DNA of 64,000 nucleotides from Geosiphon pyriformis uo1 (Eukaryota; Fungi; Glomeromycota). The stretch lies in assembly GCA_016748015.1 (NCBI GenBank), contig JAAOMT010000571.1, positions 747,095 to 811,094 of the forward strand, read 5' to 3'. The translations under genes were made by a program, and so were the position numbers. Below the pieces are notes generated by a model, which saw nothing but the letters and a program-made list of their open reading frames with translations, was not told where the DNA came from and did no database searches. Below, piece after piece: positions 25,120 to 38,900 of this stretch (positions are counted from its first letter, which is position 1; every line of letters starts with the position of its first letter).

Positions 25120-28100
25120 AACTTCTTTCTCTCCTACATTCCAAATTCCCCAAAAAACACGTTTTTGAAAGAAGTTTTTTTGTTTTTTCTACTTGCTATA
25201 TTTCACTATTTTTCTTACAAATAATCTATTTGTTGTGGACCTGGAAGCTGCTCCCGGCAGTGGTATGTTGAATAAGAAAGCTCCTGTTGGTGCTTTTTCT
25301 GGTTCTACTGGTGGCCCCTTTTTTCAAAAGAAAAGGGTTTCCTTTTGCCATATGATTCAGTCTGGTGATAAACATAAAACTGCTTTGGCCAAACCTCATT
25401 CTAAAGAAAGTTAATACTTAGATATGGAAAGTAATTCTGGTGACAGTGTTGCTGGTGACATATTGGCTGGTGGTGGTGATGGTTCTCTTCTCGGCTCGGC
25501 TGCAATGACTCCTAAGACAAAGAGGGTTAAGAATAATTTGGATTGTGGTTCCCCTCTTGGTTTCTTGAATTATAACATGGACAATAATGATGGTGGTCCC
25601 CTCTCTCCTCCTCTTGGTATCTCTTTGGACAGGATTTGATTAGACCCTAAAATTATTAAGTCTCAAGTAGAAGTAACGGTTAAGAAATCTTTTGCTTTGG
25701 ACATCAATCTTTTGGCTGTGGGAGGGAAATCGGCGATGTCTAAAACTCAGGTCATAAGGAAATTGTTTTCACAAATCAATGGTTTTGGGGGGCCACTACC
25801 CCCTCAAAATTTGAAGAGATCATTAGATCGATGTTCACTTTGTTAGAAAGCATGGAAAAGGCCATCTTATTGGCCAGGGAAAATAACATCGTGGTAAACA
25901 GCAATCTTAAGAGACAAGGAATATACTCAAATCGGGCCATAGTAATTAAGGAAATTCCCATGGACACGCCAAAGGAAATGATCGTTGCCACAATATCTGA
26001 GTTTGGAGAAATTAAGTCAATCAAAATCTAGTTGATTGGTTTATGGCAAAAGGCTGTGGTGGAATTCGCCGAATTGGAACAGGCTGTGTCTTTGGCTGCT
26101 AGGTGGTTCTTTCTGATTGGTAAAGACTCGGTTTGTGTGACTATAGTGGTGGGCGATCATGAAACTTGGGCATCTAGGGACCAGTTCAGGGCACTTTTGT
26201 TTACTTTGCCAGTGGGAACTATTGTTCATGATCTTGGGGATCTTCTTGAAAGAGCTGGTAGAAAAACTTGTGTCATAAATCAGTCATTGGAGACTGGTAA
26301 TAGGGTCTACTGTGCTGTTGTGTGTTTTGATTCTGATGAGGTTTTGGAGTCAGCTTTTTGCACAGAACTGATCCTTGGTAGTGTGAAACTCTTATGGGCT
26401 AGGCTGGATTTGGTTCGCTGTAAATGGTGTGGGAAGTTTGGTCATTCTGCCTTGGAATGTGATACTAAGGTTGCATTAGCTTTCAAATCTTCAAAGTTTT
26501 TTATAAGGCCTACCAATCCTAATACTTGTCTCTAGCTGGCCAAATTGTATGCGAAAAAGAATGTGCCGATCTCTTGCTCTGTTGCCTTTGGTGGCAAATC
26601 TTGGGCTCAAGTGGTCTCAGTTGCTTCAGTCTCTCATGGTTTTCGTGCTGGTTCTGGTTCCGGTTCTCTGCCTTCCAGTGATTTGAGTTTGGGTGGGGTA
26701 CTCCCCCCTCTACTTGTGGTCAATTTTCCTTTGAGTGCTCACTTAGTGCTTTTGGAACGCTCTGTAGAGCTTCTATTTGAACAAATTTCGAACATTCTTT
26801 CTTGTCTTGACAATATTAGTTTGGCACCCTTGGCACCTTCTTCTCAATTGGCTCCTTCTGTGGTAGTTCTTTAGTCCCCAACCTCTGTTCCTCTTGTGGT
26901 TGCAAACTCCAATTTGGATTTTGACATGGCAGTTGATGATCATTTTGTCCAGCCTACTTCTTTCTCTCCAGGTGTTACCGGTTCGCTATTGGGTCTGAGT
27001 AGTTCCAAAGTTCTGACTTCCAAAGTTGGTGGTCTGGAATTGAAGCTGGTTGCCCTTGACATCTCCGTTGGTTTGATTTTGGCTAAGTTGAATCAGTTAT
27101 GTGCTGGCTTGGGTTCTTCGGTTATCTTTTCATCACAATGACCAGTTTTATTTGGAAAATTGCCATGTGTAATGTTAGGGGAATGAACAATCCTGCAAAG
27201 CAGGAGGACATTTATCGCTGGCATAAGAAATCTGGTAGTTCGATCTCGATTGTTACAGAAACCAAGTTTTGTTCCGGTTCACAATCATGGATCATAAAAA
27301 GGTTTAAGGGTGTCTAGGTTTTTACATCTGGTCTGGATGTTGGGTTTCATGGGGCTGGTGTGGCTATGTTTGTGAACAATTCTCTGGTTCGTCATGTTTC
27401 CAAATTCAAGGAGGTGAAGGGCAGGGTTCTTTCAATTCGCCTTTTGTTTAAGAACAAGCTTTCTGTGTCTGTCATTGGGCTTTATGCCTGTGCATCTGGT
27501 GGTGACCATTTTGCTCAGGCTTCTATTATTAATTCATTCATTGCTGATACTGTCAACAAGAGTTTTTTTGTTGTTTTGGGTGGGGACTTTAATGAAGATA
27601 ATTCAGTCAAAGGAGCAAGTCTTAGGAAATGTTTAGGTTTGGGTTTAGTTAATGTTTTTGGTGGTCACTCTCTAACTAGGATTCCTACTTAGAACAATTT
27701 AAGAGGTGTTAGCAAGGTTTTGGATTACATTCTAGTTAGTGACTCTTTGATTTCAGTGGTTGTGGATCATAATGTTAGTTCTGTCTTGGAATTTTTTGAC
27801 ACGGATCACTTGGTTGTGTCAATGTCTATTGGGTTGGGTGGTCTTCTGGATGCTTGTTTGAACAGTATCCGCAAACACATTAATAAGGATTGCTGGAAGT
27901 TTAAGATTAAGGATGCTGATGAGAAAAAGTGGGCGCATTTTAAGGACCTTTCTGAGTGTGTGCTTTTGGGTTCTCTGGATAGGTTCAAGATAGCTGAGGA
28001 TGGTAGCGACTTGGATGGAATGTGGGGGATGCTAGCTGACACCATGACTGCTTCTGCTGAAAAATTTTTTTCAAGACATTGGTATAGTGAATTTGATTGT

Positions 28101-31100
28101 GCTAAGAATAGACTCTCTTCTAAATTTTCCAGGTTGGAGCTTTTGGTTGCCAAGTTATTGAAAGTGCTGAGACAGAATGATACTTTGGGCTTTGATCATT
28201 TGGCTGACACTTGGTTTAAGGTTGACCCTTCCGAAGCTTCCAAAGTTTTTGGTATGGTCGGGGATGGTGTGGGTTCTGCTGGCTTGATAAGTCATCTTTC
28301 AAAGATTAGGAAGCAATATAAAAAATCCAAATATTGTGAATTTGAGGTGGCCAAAAGATCTGCTATCAAAAATGCAATTGATAAGCATATAGAAAAGTTC
28401 GAAATGGACAAAGGTGGGATGATTCAGAGCATCTTGAAGTGGCCCTTTCGCAAAGTCATTCTGGACCATTTGGTTGTTGGTGATTCTTTTATTTTAGAAT
28501 CTGACGAAGTAAAGCTCAAAGTTGATGACATCATGGTTAATTGGACCAGAAAGCGGAATGCTCTTCCAGCCTTGTCTGGTCCCTGGGCACAACAATATGC
28601 CCCTTTGGCTTATGTTAATGATAGCACCTTCAGTCTGGTTATGTGTGATATTACCATGTGTGAAATGTCTTCAGTTATAAGCAATCTTTCTGATGGCAAA
28701 GCTGCTGGTTTGTCTGATATAACCAATGAACTTTGGAAACACACTGGCTGTTTGGTTTTGGAGTGTTTGTTGTCTTTGCTGAACTCTTGTTTGCGTTTTG
28801 GTAATGTTCTGGTCCATTGGAAAGAGACCTGGGTGTCCATGATCCCTAAGTCTTATGATTGGGATGGCGTCTTGTCGAATACATGACTTATTGCATTGAT
28901 TGAGACGGCCAGAAAGATTCTGTCAAAAGTTCTCTCAGACAGAATTTTTCTTGCTTGTAGTAGGTTTGATGTCCTCTGTGGTAACAACTTTTCTGTCCTC
29001 AAAGGCACTTCCACTTAGTCACCAATTTCAGCTGTGGGTTCAATTGTGGAGAATGCTTTGGAAAAAGGCCGCAAACTTTGACTAGTTCTTCAAGACATGT
29101 GCAAAGCATATGACTCTGTTGGTTGGCCTCATTTAGAAGCTAATTTACACCATTGTTACCAGACAAAATTAGAGATATCATTTAGCATGAAACTATCTTA
29201 TAATTCTTATCATTAATTAGCATATATTATTATTTCAAATTATCACTCATTACATTAGCAAAAATGTCTGAAATTATCATTTAATTAATAACCCAAATTG
29301 TACACAACACAAATGTAACCTAATTGCGATGATCAATCATGTAATATCCCAAACTATGTAACATTCAAAAGTTCACTGAAATTTATAGAAATTCACCAAA
29401 ATAATTGATAGTTTACTGAAATATCTAATAGTTCGCTGAAATAACTTGTAGTTCGCTGAAATATATTTTTAGTTCAGCGAAATTGTAGAAAATAGCAAAG
29501 TTCAAGTTCATAGAATAGTGTTACAACAAGTTGTATAAAAGAAGAGCTTTTCTCTTCAAGAAAATATATCTTACTTTAGATTTATTACTTAGAACCATTC
29601 CTACACACACAAAAGAAATAAATATCAAATAATTCAAAAAACCAAATTCTTTAATTATTACACTTGGAAAATTCCCAAAACTCAACTAATGTTTTGAAAT
29701 TGATTAGCTACCAATTTCAATAAACTGTTAGTGACTCCAGGCCTGGATCGAAAACGTTTCTCTTGATAAAATCCTATTTCTTTTACATTTCTTTTATTTT
29801 TATTTTTCTTTTCTTATTACAATCATTAAGGTAGCCTACAGACAAGATTCCTGTAAAAAAATTGACTTTCACAGCAAAGTAACTACACATATTTTTAGTG
29901 AGCTTCCAGACAAGCAATTCCTGGGAAAGAGTTGACATTTATTACAATGTAACTACATAAAGTAACTGGCAAGGAATTGGCCATTCCACTTATAAGTCCA
30001 GCAGTTCAAATTATAGGAGATAATTTGAAGATAAAATTCAGTTACTGGAGGTTCAACTACTTTCTGGAAACATGAATTCACAACAAAATTAACATTAACA
30101 ACATTCAAGAAAAGAGACCAAAAACCTCCGATAACACCATATCAAAATGTGCAGCAAGTTTATTAAGTTTTTTGGCAACATTCACAACAGTCACTTCAAC
30201 AAAGTCATAATGGATTTTGGCCTTTCTGATGGATACAAAGTTCTTGATGGTTTGGATCAGGGTGAAGTTTTCTCACCTCTTCTATGGAGAATTTTTTATG
30301 ACCCTTTGTTATGTGAAGTTGCGAGACAAAATTATTTGTGTGGTTATCAGATCAATTCAAACTTTGTGTCAAAAACTGAAAGGATTGAGACTAGTGGAGG
30401 TATGACCTTTTTTTTCGCAGCTGGTGCCTTTGTTGATGACACTATTTGGGTGGGAAATGGACAAGCCTCTATGCAGCACATTTTTAATGTGGCCAGCGAG
30501 TTTTTCCTCATTAATAACATTAACATAAACAACGAAAAGACGATTGCCATTTTTATCAACAAAAGAGTGGGGGTTCCTGTTTTATCTATCAACAGCCAGG
30601 CTATCACTGTTGCCAATCCTGGTGTGAGTCATTGATATTTGGGTATTTTCTTGTCCATTGATTGTTTGTCTAAGCCAAATTTTGCCAAAGCCAATTCAGA
30701 TATTAAGTTCTTCTTAAATATGGTTCTCTGGAAGGCTGTCTCTGATAAACAATTCTTTTATCTGGTTTCAGCTGTTTTGCAATCCATAGTCAGTTATCGA
30801 ATGCAGTTTAGTTTTGTTTCCAAAGCTGTTTGTCTAAAATGGGACATTCTAATTAGAAGGGGTCTTAGGTCGAAAGCCAATTTGTCGAGAGACTTTCCCA
30901 ATGAGGTGTTGCACCACCCCTCTCTTTATGGGCTGAAATCTTTTGAACAGTTGCAAGCTGAATGCAAGACAGCTTCCGTTGTGCAGTTTGCGAATTCTTC
31001 TAGAATTCTTGGCCGACTGTTCAAACATCGAATTTTGGATTTGCAGGTTTTGTGCTGGGCTCTATTGAATCCTCTACAATATCTTGTTAAGCTAAGAGTG

Positions 31101-32945
31101 AACACTTCAAACAATTTTCTAGTGGATGTGGTTTGTATATTTCTTGACAACAAGCTGTCTTTGGATAACAGGCTTCCCTGTGCCTTTCACTCTTCTGGCC
31201 ATTTTCCAATGTCATTAGTATTGGGTGATCTTTTGTATTTCAATGTGGTTTGCTCCTTAAAAATTGCTGGTGTGGCATATGGTGACCAACTTCTGAACAA
31301 AAATAGTTCTATTGTTAGTTGGCATACATTTCGCCGATAGAAAAGACTTGGCTCTAGAGGCCCTGTGCCTTTATGGTTTTTGAAGGCCTTTGCTTACTTG
31401 AGTAATTGTTTGCATGCTCCCCCTCCTGTGAGTTTAGCTTCTGTCTGTGCTAGTGTTTTGGATTCGACATCTTTTGCCGACATTCGTGAAGAGATTTATG
31501 GATTGTGGACTGATGAGATTGATGTTTATACTGATGGTTTTCTTAGAAGTTTGGGTATGTTTTAGGTGGTGTGTGGTGCTGCTGTTTATTTTCCTGGCTT
31601 GAACAAAGGTTTAGGAGCGGAGGTACATGGTGTGCTGTCTTTGACTCTGGCTGAATTACAGGCTGTTGTCCTGGTTCTGGAGTGCGTTCCCGCCTCTGTT
31701 TCAGTGGCTTTGTACATGAATAATCAAGCGGCTATTGATGCATGTGTGGCTGAATTGGGTCTGTTACAGCCGGATTGTCGCAATAGTTGCTGGATAGAAA
31801 GGTGCCATGTGGTTAATTTGATTGAATCCAAAGATCTGACTGTCCGCTGGATCAAAGTCAAAGGTTATGCTGGCATTGCTGGTAATGTTTTGGCTGACGT
31901 TCTTGCTGAACAGGCTGCGCACTCTGGGGTCTCTCTCCCTGCCAGGATTAATTGTAGATATATAGTTGCTGATGACAGGCCAGTTTCCGGTAATGCCTGC
32001 CATTTTGTACGTGACATTTTTCATTCTATTTGTAAGTTTCAGTGGAAGATGGGTTCCGGCCAAGGGGTTGTGTCTTGTTTGTTTGGTCTGATTGTCAATT
32101 GGAATAGTACCACTCTAGTTTGGCACCCTGACTCTCATATGCTCTCTGGAAGTACATGTCGAGCCACTGCTGCTTTTCATACATATTTCATAAAAGCTGT
32201 TCATTTCAGGTTGCCTGTTGCTGTTTGAAAGAGGTTGTATAATAAGGATTACTCTAGTGTGTCTTGTCTGTTTTGTGGTGATGTGGAACTCCCTGATTAT
32301 GGTTTTACTTGTGTTAAGGATGATTCTGTGCAGTCAGATATTTTGGGTGATTTTGGTGGTTTGTGGAGGGCTCTGATGGGTCCTAATCTACTGTTGCCGT
32401 CTTTTGTACTACAAGATCTCTCTCTGGGGGTGTCTGATATTGGATTGTATTCGGTTTTTTGCAAGGGATTTGTTCTCAAGAGTTGGATGGATAAGGCCAC
32501 TGCTTCTCTTGGTGACAAGAAGAAAGCGGCCATTATGGTGGTGGATTTCATCTGTCATTTGGCTGAGAGTCATAGGACGAACCTCTGGCTCTTTAGGACT
32601 AAGTTTAAGTCTGACATGGAGAGAAGTGGTTTGATTGGTGATGATGTTGTTGTGGCCAGTGCTCTTGGTGTGGGTGCTCTGCCTTTCTCAGCTGGCATGG
32701 TCCACCTTATTGGTGTGCTAGATTCTCTTGATGTTGGTTTCGGTTTTAGGGGTAGGTTCTTGTTTTTGTCTGGTGCTGTTCATAGGGTTAGTGTTTTGAT
32801 AAGTGTGTAGTGTTGCCTTGATTGGCTTGAGTGGCCGGTCACATATAGCAAATGCGTGAACCATGTTTAATTGGCTACTTTTCTTTGTAACTTATTCTAG
32901 ACTTTGGTTGGGCTGCATTCGTTAATAAATAAATAAATAAAAAAA
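25120..32945 (+). mobile_element. LINE copy D, full length and degenerate (ORF1 ~25235-27141; ORF2 27138-32810), split by a solo LTR
   Basis: NVRG, GGDFN, DYIL, TDH, KAYDSV, GLDQG, FVDD, YTDG and CLFC motifs; conserved 3'UTR with (TAAA)n tail. Confidence 0.92.
29154..30136 (+). mobile_element. Solo LTR (983 bp)
   Basis: TGTTACC...GATAACA; TSD CCAT; GTTCRCTGAAAT repeats at ~29370-29480; LINE frame LHH|IKM is restored on removal. Confidence 0.88.
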
Positions 32946-35900
32946 ATATATAAATATTAAATTTATTTTTTGTTTTATATATATTATTTATCTTGTAGTT
33001 TTAAATAATTTAAAAAATTGTTCGAATTTTAAAATTTTTTTACTTGTATAAAAATCCTTAATTTATTTTTTTTTATTATAATAAATACTAAACTTATTTT
33101 TTTTAAAATTAAATAGCTTTAAATTCAACAAAAAAACTTTTTGTATTTTTTTTTATTACCATTTTGTGAGTACAGTCCAACCACTACCTAAATACATAAA
33201 ATCAAACAGGATTCTAAATTAAGTATGGCTCATGCTCTTTCTACATGTGACTGGACATTCAGCCCAGTTAAAACAGCACTATATGCTAACAGGATTTACT
33301 ACAGGGACACAACTTAAGTAACCAAAGTTTACATTGGACAGACAAGAATGCAAACCAAAGCATATATGAATGCCTAGTCTAACACCAAAACTGTGGATAA
33401 TCCCAGCAGGCCTAACAAATGACAAACCAACAACCAAAGAGACAGCAAAGCCATCACACAGCAACAAATTATGTTTCTCATAAAAGGATCTTAAACTAGC
33501 AGCAAGTAACCAAATGTTGGATCTGTAACACTTGGCAATACTGCAAACCAACCCAATGACCAAATCACTACCAGACTAAGAGCCAAAATAGCAGGCAGCA
33601 TCAGTCACCCAGCTTTTTAAAACAAACTCTTTGGCCAACATCATGTATAAGCCACCAGCAGATCCAGCTTTATGAAAAAATTTGACTACCAAATCTTCCA
33701 TGACTAAACAACCAACCATCTTACACCATTTTACTTGAGTGGCCAACAACAAATCTTTTCTGGTATCTTTGTCTTGTTCACACAAAAATGAGTGATCCAA
33801 ATCCTCAACCAAACCATACCTAATACACAATACATTAGGATATTTGGGATTGTACAACCTCTTCCTTATGGCGACTGGCAAATGGTGGTGAAGTGATTTC
33901 ACAAGATACAATTACAGAGAAGCTGAAAATGAACTGGTGTAACCCGATCGGATCTTACCATTTGGATGCCAAATATTGAAAGACCTGCTCATATTAACTA
34001 TACAAGCAAAATTCTTATTCACAATGTAGAAAGCACACTTGAATTCCCAATTGACAAAATAAATAGCATCGAACAAACCTTTAACAAAGTAATGCACATT
34101 TCCTAAAACAAGCCAGTTTTCAACACTAAAAAAGTGGTATGGCACATTGAGAGAAAGCATAGACTTGGAAGCAACTGCCATATTAGCAAAAAAATCAGCT
34201 TGCTCATTCCCAACAACACCTGAATGTTCTTTAACTTTCCTCCATGTGACCAAAAGATTCTTCTTTGAAATAGACTGACAAATATGTTTCTTCTTTAACC
34301 AACACTTTCTGTGAAAGTCAGGACCAGGCACACTTACACCAAACTTGCACATATCCAGTGATACTTGACTGTTCATAAACAAAGTAACAGCACTGGAAGC
34401 AGGCACACACTCCAAAGCTAAAGCAATAACTTGTAGCTTCACCAATGTTGAGGACAACAAACCATGAACTCTTACTCCAACACTTATGTTGGTTGTAAAA
34501 AAGTAGGCAGCAACACCACTACAAACACCAATGATCCCCAAATCTCTGACAGAACTGTCCGTGTAAACCTCAATGGGACTACATCCAGAGGCAAGTATGC
34601 ATTTAGAAACAAAACCAACATCACAAGACATGTCATTACAAATGGGACAAAATGCCAGAGCCAAGCTGCCACCCAAACCATCATTCCCAACAAATTCAGA
34701 CAGAAACACAAACCAGACAAGAATTGGACCTTTAGAGTCCAGCTTTTTCTATTTGCAAAAAGTTTTCCAAGTAAAGTACTTGCCATGCCAATTCAGAATT
34801 TGATTAGCAAAAACAAAGCCATACCTTTTAAAAAACTTGACCACACTTATGAAAACACCCAAGCCCAGCATGTCCAAAATGAATACATTAGACTTGGCTT
34901 GAAACACATTAAGAATTGTACCACCCAAGAAAAGATTGCACAAAGTGAGAGCATAAGTAGCTCCAACTAAAAAACAATTCAGAGAATTAATAGATAATGT
35001 GATTGGAAAATGTAGAGGATGCTGAAGTGTCCAACTTGCTGCCTATAGATCTATTGCCTTATAATCAAAAAATTTCCCAAGAATTCCACTGGTGTTGGCA
35101 AAATTAACCAAGTTAGTCAACAAATTTTCTGTCAGCAATTGCTCGAAAGTCTTTAGTCCATAAAACTCAGGATGATGTAACACCTTACTAGGAAAGTCCT
35201 TAGGCAGATTAACTTTGAGCTTAAGCCTTTTTTTCAATAATCTGTCCCATTTCTCACATACACTCTTAGAGACAAAGCTAAATTGCAGTCTGTAACTAAC
35301 TATAGGCTGTAAAACAGTTGAAACTAAGTACAAGAATTGTTTCTTGGTAATGGCTTTTCTCAGAACCACATTTGAAAAAAACTTGACATCAACATACATC
35401 TTGGTTAGACTAGGCTTGAACAAGCCATCAGTTGACAAAAAAATACCCAAGTACCTATGAGACTCATCTTTTCTCACCACTAAAATTTTAGATTCACTAA
35501 TAGACAAAATAGCATTTCAGGCACCTTGATTAATAGGTATGGCAACCATTTTATCTGTGTTTATCGAAATGTTATTGATGACAAAAAACTCACTGGCTAT
35601 GTTTAAAATATTTTGTGTAGCTGTCAAACAGTTGCCAATCCAGATTGTGTTATCAACAAAGGCACTGACAGCAAAGAAAGAAATCAAGCTGTTTCTTGGA
35701 TTAAGCTTTTCAGTTTTTGTAAAGAACTTTGAGCACATCCTGTAGTCAAACAAATGTTCATGCTTTTTGACTTCACAGAGAAGTAGATCATAAAATATTC
35801 TCCATAGTAGAGGCAAAAACACCTCTCCCTAATCAAGGCCATCATGAACAACATAATTATCAGTTAAGCCAAAATCCATTATTACCCGATTAATCCTATT

Positions 35901-38900
35901 ATTGTGTATACTGCCAAAGAAAGTTATAAAACAGGGACACATTTTGATCCTGACCAGGCTATTAAGCAAATGAAACTACTTGACAGAATTGTAGATCTTG
36001 TGCATATCCTAAAGAACAAGCCACACCTTTCTGTCCAATAATTGAACCAATGGTGAAGATCAGACTTTATGTAGAAGTACCCTTTAAAACTGAGAAATTG
36101 TTGTCACACAAAACGTTGAATCTGCTGCAAGCCAGAGAAATCCTGTCTAAAAAAACCTTGAACAAAATTTTTTGAGCAGTTTCAATCAATGCGATTGGAT
36201 GGATATTGGTGAAAATGCCTTTTCAATCATAAGATTTAGGAATTATGGACACCCAGGATCTCTTCCACTGCATGAGAACCTTCCCATATCTTAAACAACT
36301 ATTGAAAATAGATAAAAGACCATTAAAAACAGAAGCATTACCATGTTTCCATAGCTCATTAGAAATGCCAGAAAGTCCAGCAGCTTTTCCATCAGACAGA
36401 TTCTTAACAATACACATCAGCTTACACATATTGATATCACTCATAACCTTTGAGAACACTTTATCATTAACATAATCCAAAGGGACATATTGTTTATGCC
36501 AATGATCAGGAAGAGCATCTGAAGCCAAACGCTTTTTTGTCCAATCCTTCATTATTGTGTTAATTAAAGACTTAACCATTTGTGGTTCAAAGATAAGATT
36601 GTTGTTAATAATCAAATGATCAAGAACCATCTTTCTAAATAGTCAATCTAAAATGCTTTTAATCATTCTCCTCTTATCTGAACAGAAATTTTCTATGTAT
36701 TTTTCAACAGTCTTCTTGATGGAATTATCCCTGACTATTCTGGATTCATAATATTTAGATTTGTGATAACTTTTCTTGACACTTGAAATGTGATATAGAA
36801 TAATATCAACTCAAATCCTGTTACTAATTATGAGACGAACCTTGAATACTTTCACTTTATCAATGGTCAACCAAGTGCTAACTAAACAGTCAGCTGCCAA
36901 ACCCAGTCCTGAACTTAAACTTTTGACTAGCTTGGACAGCAGCTTCTCCATTCTGAAAAATTTTGAAGATAACTTGTTCCTGGCACAATTGAACTTATTA
37001 AACCAGAGCCAAGAAAAGATAGCATCAGTAGAATTAACCACCACCTCTTTGAGAATCTGTCACATTGTATCTAAATTACCACTGTATTCTATGTTAAGAA
37101 ACTCTCCAGCTTTTACCAAAAATTTTCCTGAAGAACACCCTCTAAAACACTCCCATCAGCCATTATCTATTTCTTTTAATTTGAACTTCCAACGATTCTT
37201 ATTAACTTGCTTGTGGATGTGATTTAAGTGAACATCCAAAAGACCTCCCAAGTTCACAGAGATGGAAACAGCATTGTGATCAGTATCAAAAAACTCAGCA
37301 ACAGAACCAACTTCATGACCAGCCACTGCTAAAATAAGGCTTTCACTAACAAAAATGTAGTCAATAACTCTATCAACACCCTTTGAATTGTTCTATATAG
37401 ATGTACTGGCCAAAGAATGACCACCAAAGGAATCGACCAAGCTCAAATCTGAACAAAACCCAAGACTTGTACTTTTCTTAGATCTATCTTCATTAAAATT
37501 ACCACCCAAGACAACAAAAGTACTAGAATTAACAACCCAGGCTATAAAAAAATTAACCTCTGAGGCCAGACCAAACCTAGTACCAGGAGAGATGCCAGCA
37601 TATAACCTGACAATCAAAACTGAAATCTTATCTTTGAAGAGAAGACAAATTGAAACAACATGACCAGGAATTTCCTTCACCTTAGAAATGTGACATGCCA
37701 AAAAATTGTTTATAACAACAGCTACCCCAGCACCAAAAAAAACCCTTATCCAAACCAAAAGTGAAAATCCATATACCATTAAACTTGTCCATGATCTAAG
37801 GCCTAATGTTAGATCTCAGCTTTGTTTCTGTAATTACTGAAATCATATTTTCAGAGTCCTTGTGCTAGCACACAATATCTTTCTGTTTAGCAGGCATGTT
37901 GATGTCCTGAACATTGCATGTAGCTATCTTCCAGATTAAACTACTCATTGGGATGAAGAGAATAATAATAGACCCAAGCCAGCACACAAATGATCTAACT
38001 TTACCAAAACTGAACCAACAGAAGTCTCCAAAGCCACCAGCTTAAATTCCAAACTACCAACTTTGGTCATCAAGACTTTTGAGCTACTCAGACCCAAGAT
38101 TGACATGCCAGAGGAGTCAGACAAGAGGGGTTAAAGTACCAATTCAGAACTATCCACAATTATATCTAAAGCCAAATCTTTTTTGGCGACAACAACAGTA
38201 GCCAAAGCTTTAAAAGAGGAAGATAGAGCTTGTGGCACTAATTCCATATTACTAAGCTTGCACACAAGACCAGAAACTTGGTCAGTTAATAGCTCTAAGG
38301 ACTATTCCAAAGAATTCATGTGAGCATTCAAAGACAAGTCATCAACCAAGACAGGAGGGGGACTATCATTCAAGCCTGAGAAGCCAGAGAGAGGGAAACC
38401 AGAACCAGCAGTGAAGTAAAAACCATCAGAAGAACCAGCAAGTGAGACCACTTGGGCCCAAGATTTACCACCAAAGGCAGCAGAGTGAGATATTGGAACA
38501 CTTTTTTTTTCATACAACTTTGCCAACTGAAAACGACACCCATCGGATGTGACCTTTTTAAATGTTTTTGAAGACTTAGAAAAGGATGCAACAGGTGCAT
38601 CACATTCCAAAGCAGAATGACCAAACTTTCTGCATTTCTCATACTGAACCAGATCCATTTTTGCCCAAGAAAGTTTAACACTACCAAGAATTGGCTCTAT
38701 GTGAAAAGCAAATTCCAGATTATCATCAAATTTAAAACCAACTACAGCACAGCAAATCCTATTGCCAGTTTCCAGAAATCTGTTTATGACACAAGTTTTC
38801 TCACCAGCTCTTTCCAAAAGAGTCCTAAGATTATGTGCTGTTGTTCCCACCAGCAAAGTAAACAAAAGCACTTTGAACTGATTTCTTGATGTCCAAGTCT

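Noticed and set aside
16632-38889. Numerous antisense ORFs over the LINE copies
   Set aside because: Shadow frames of TE coding sequence with no independent motifs
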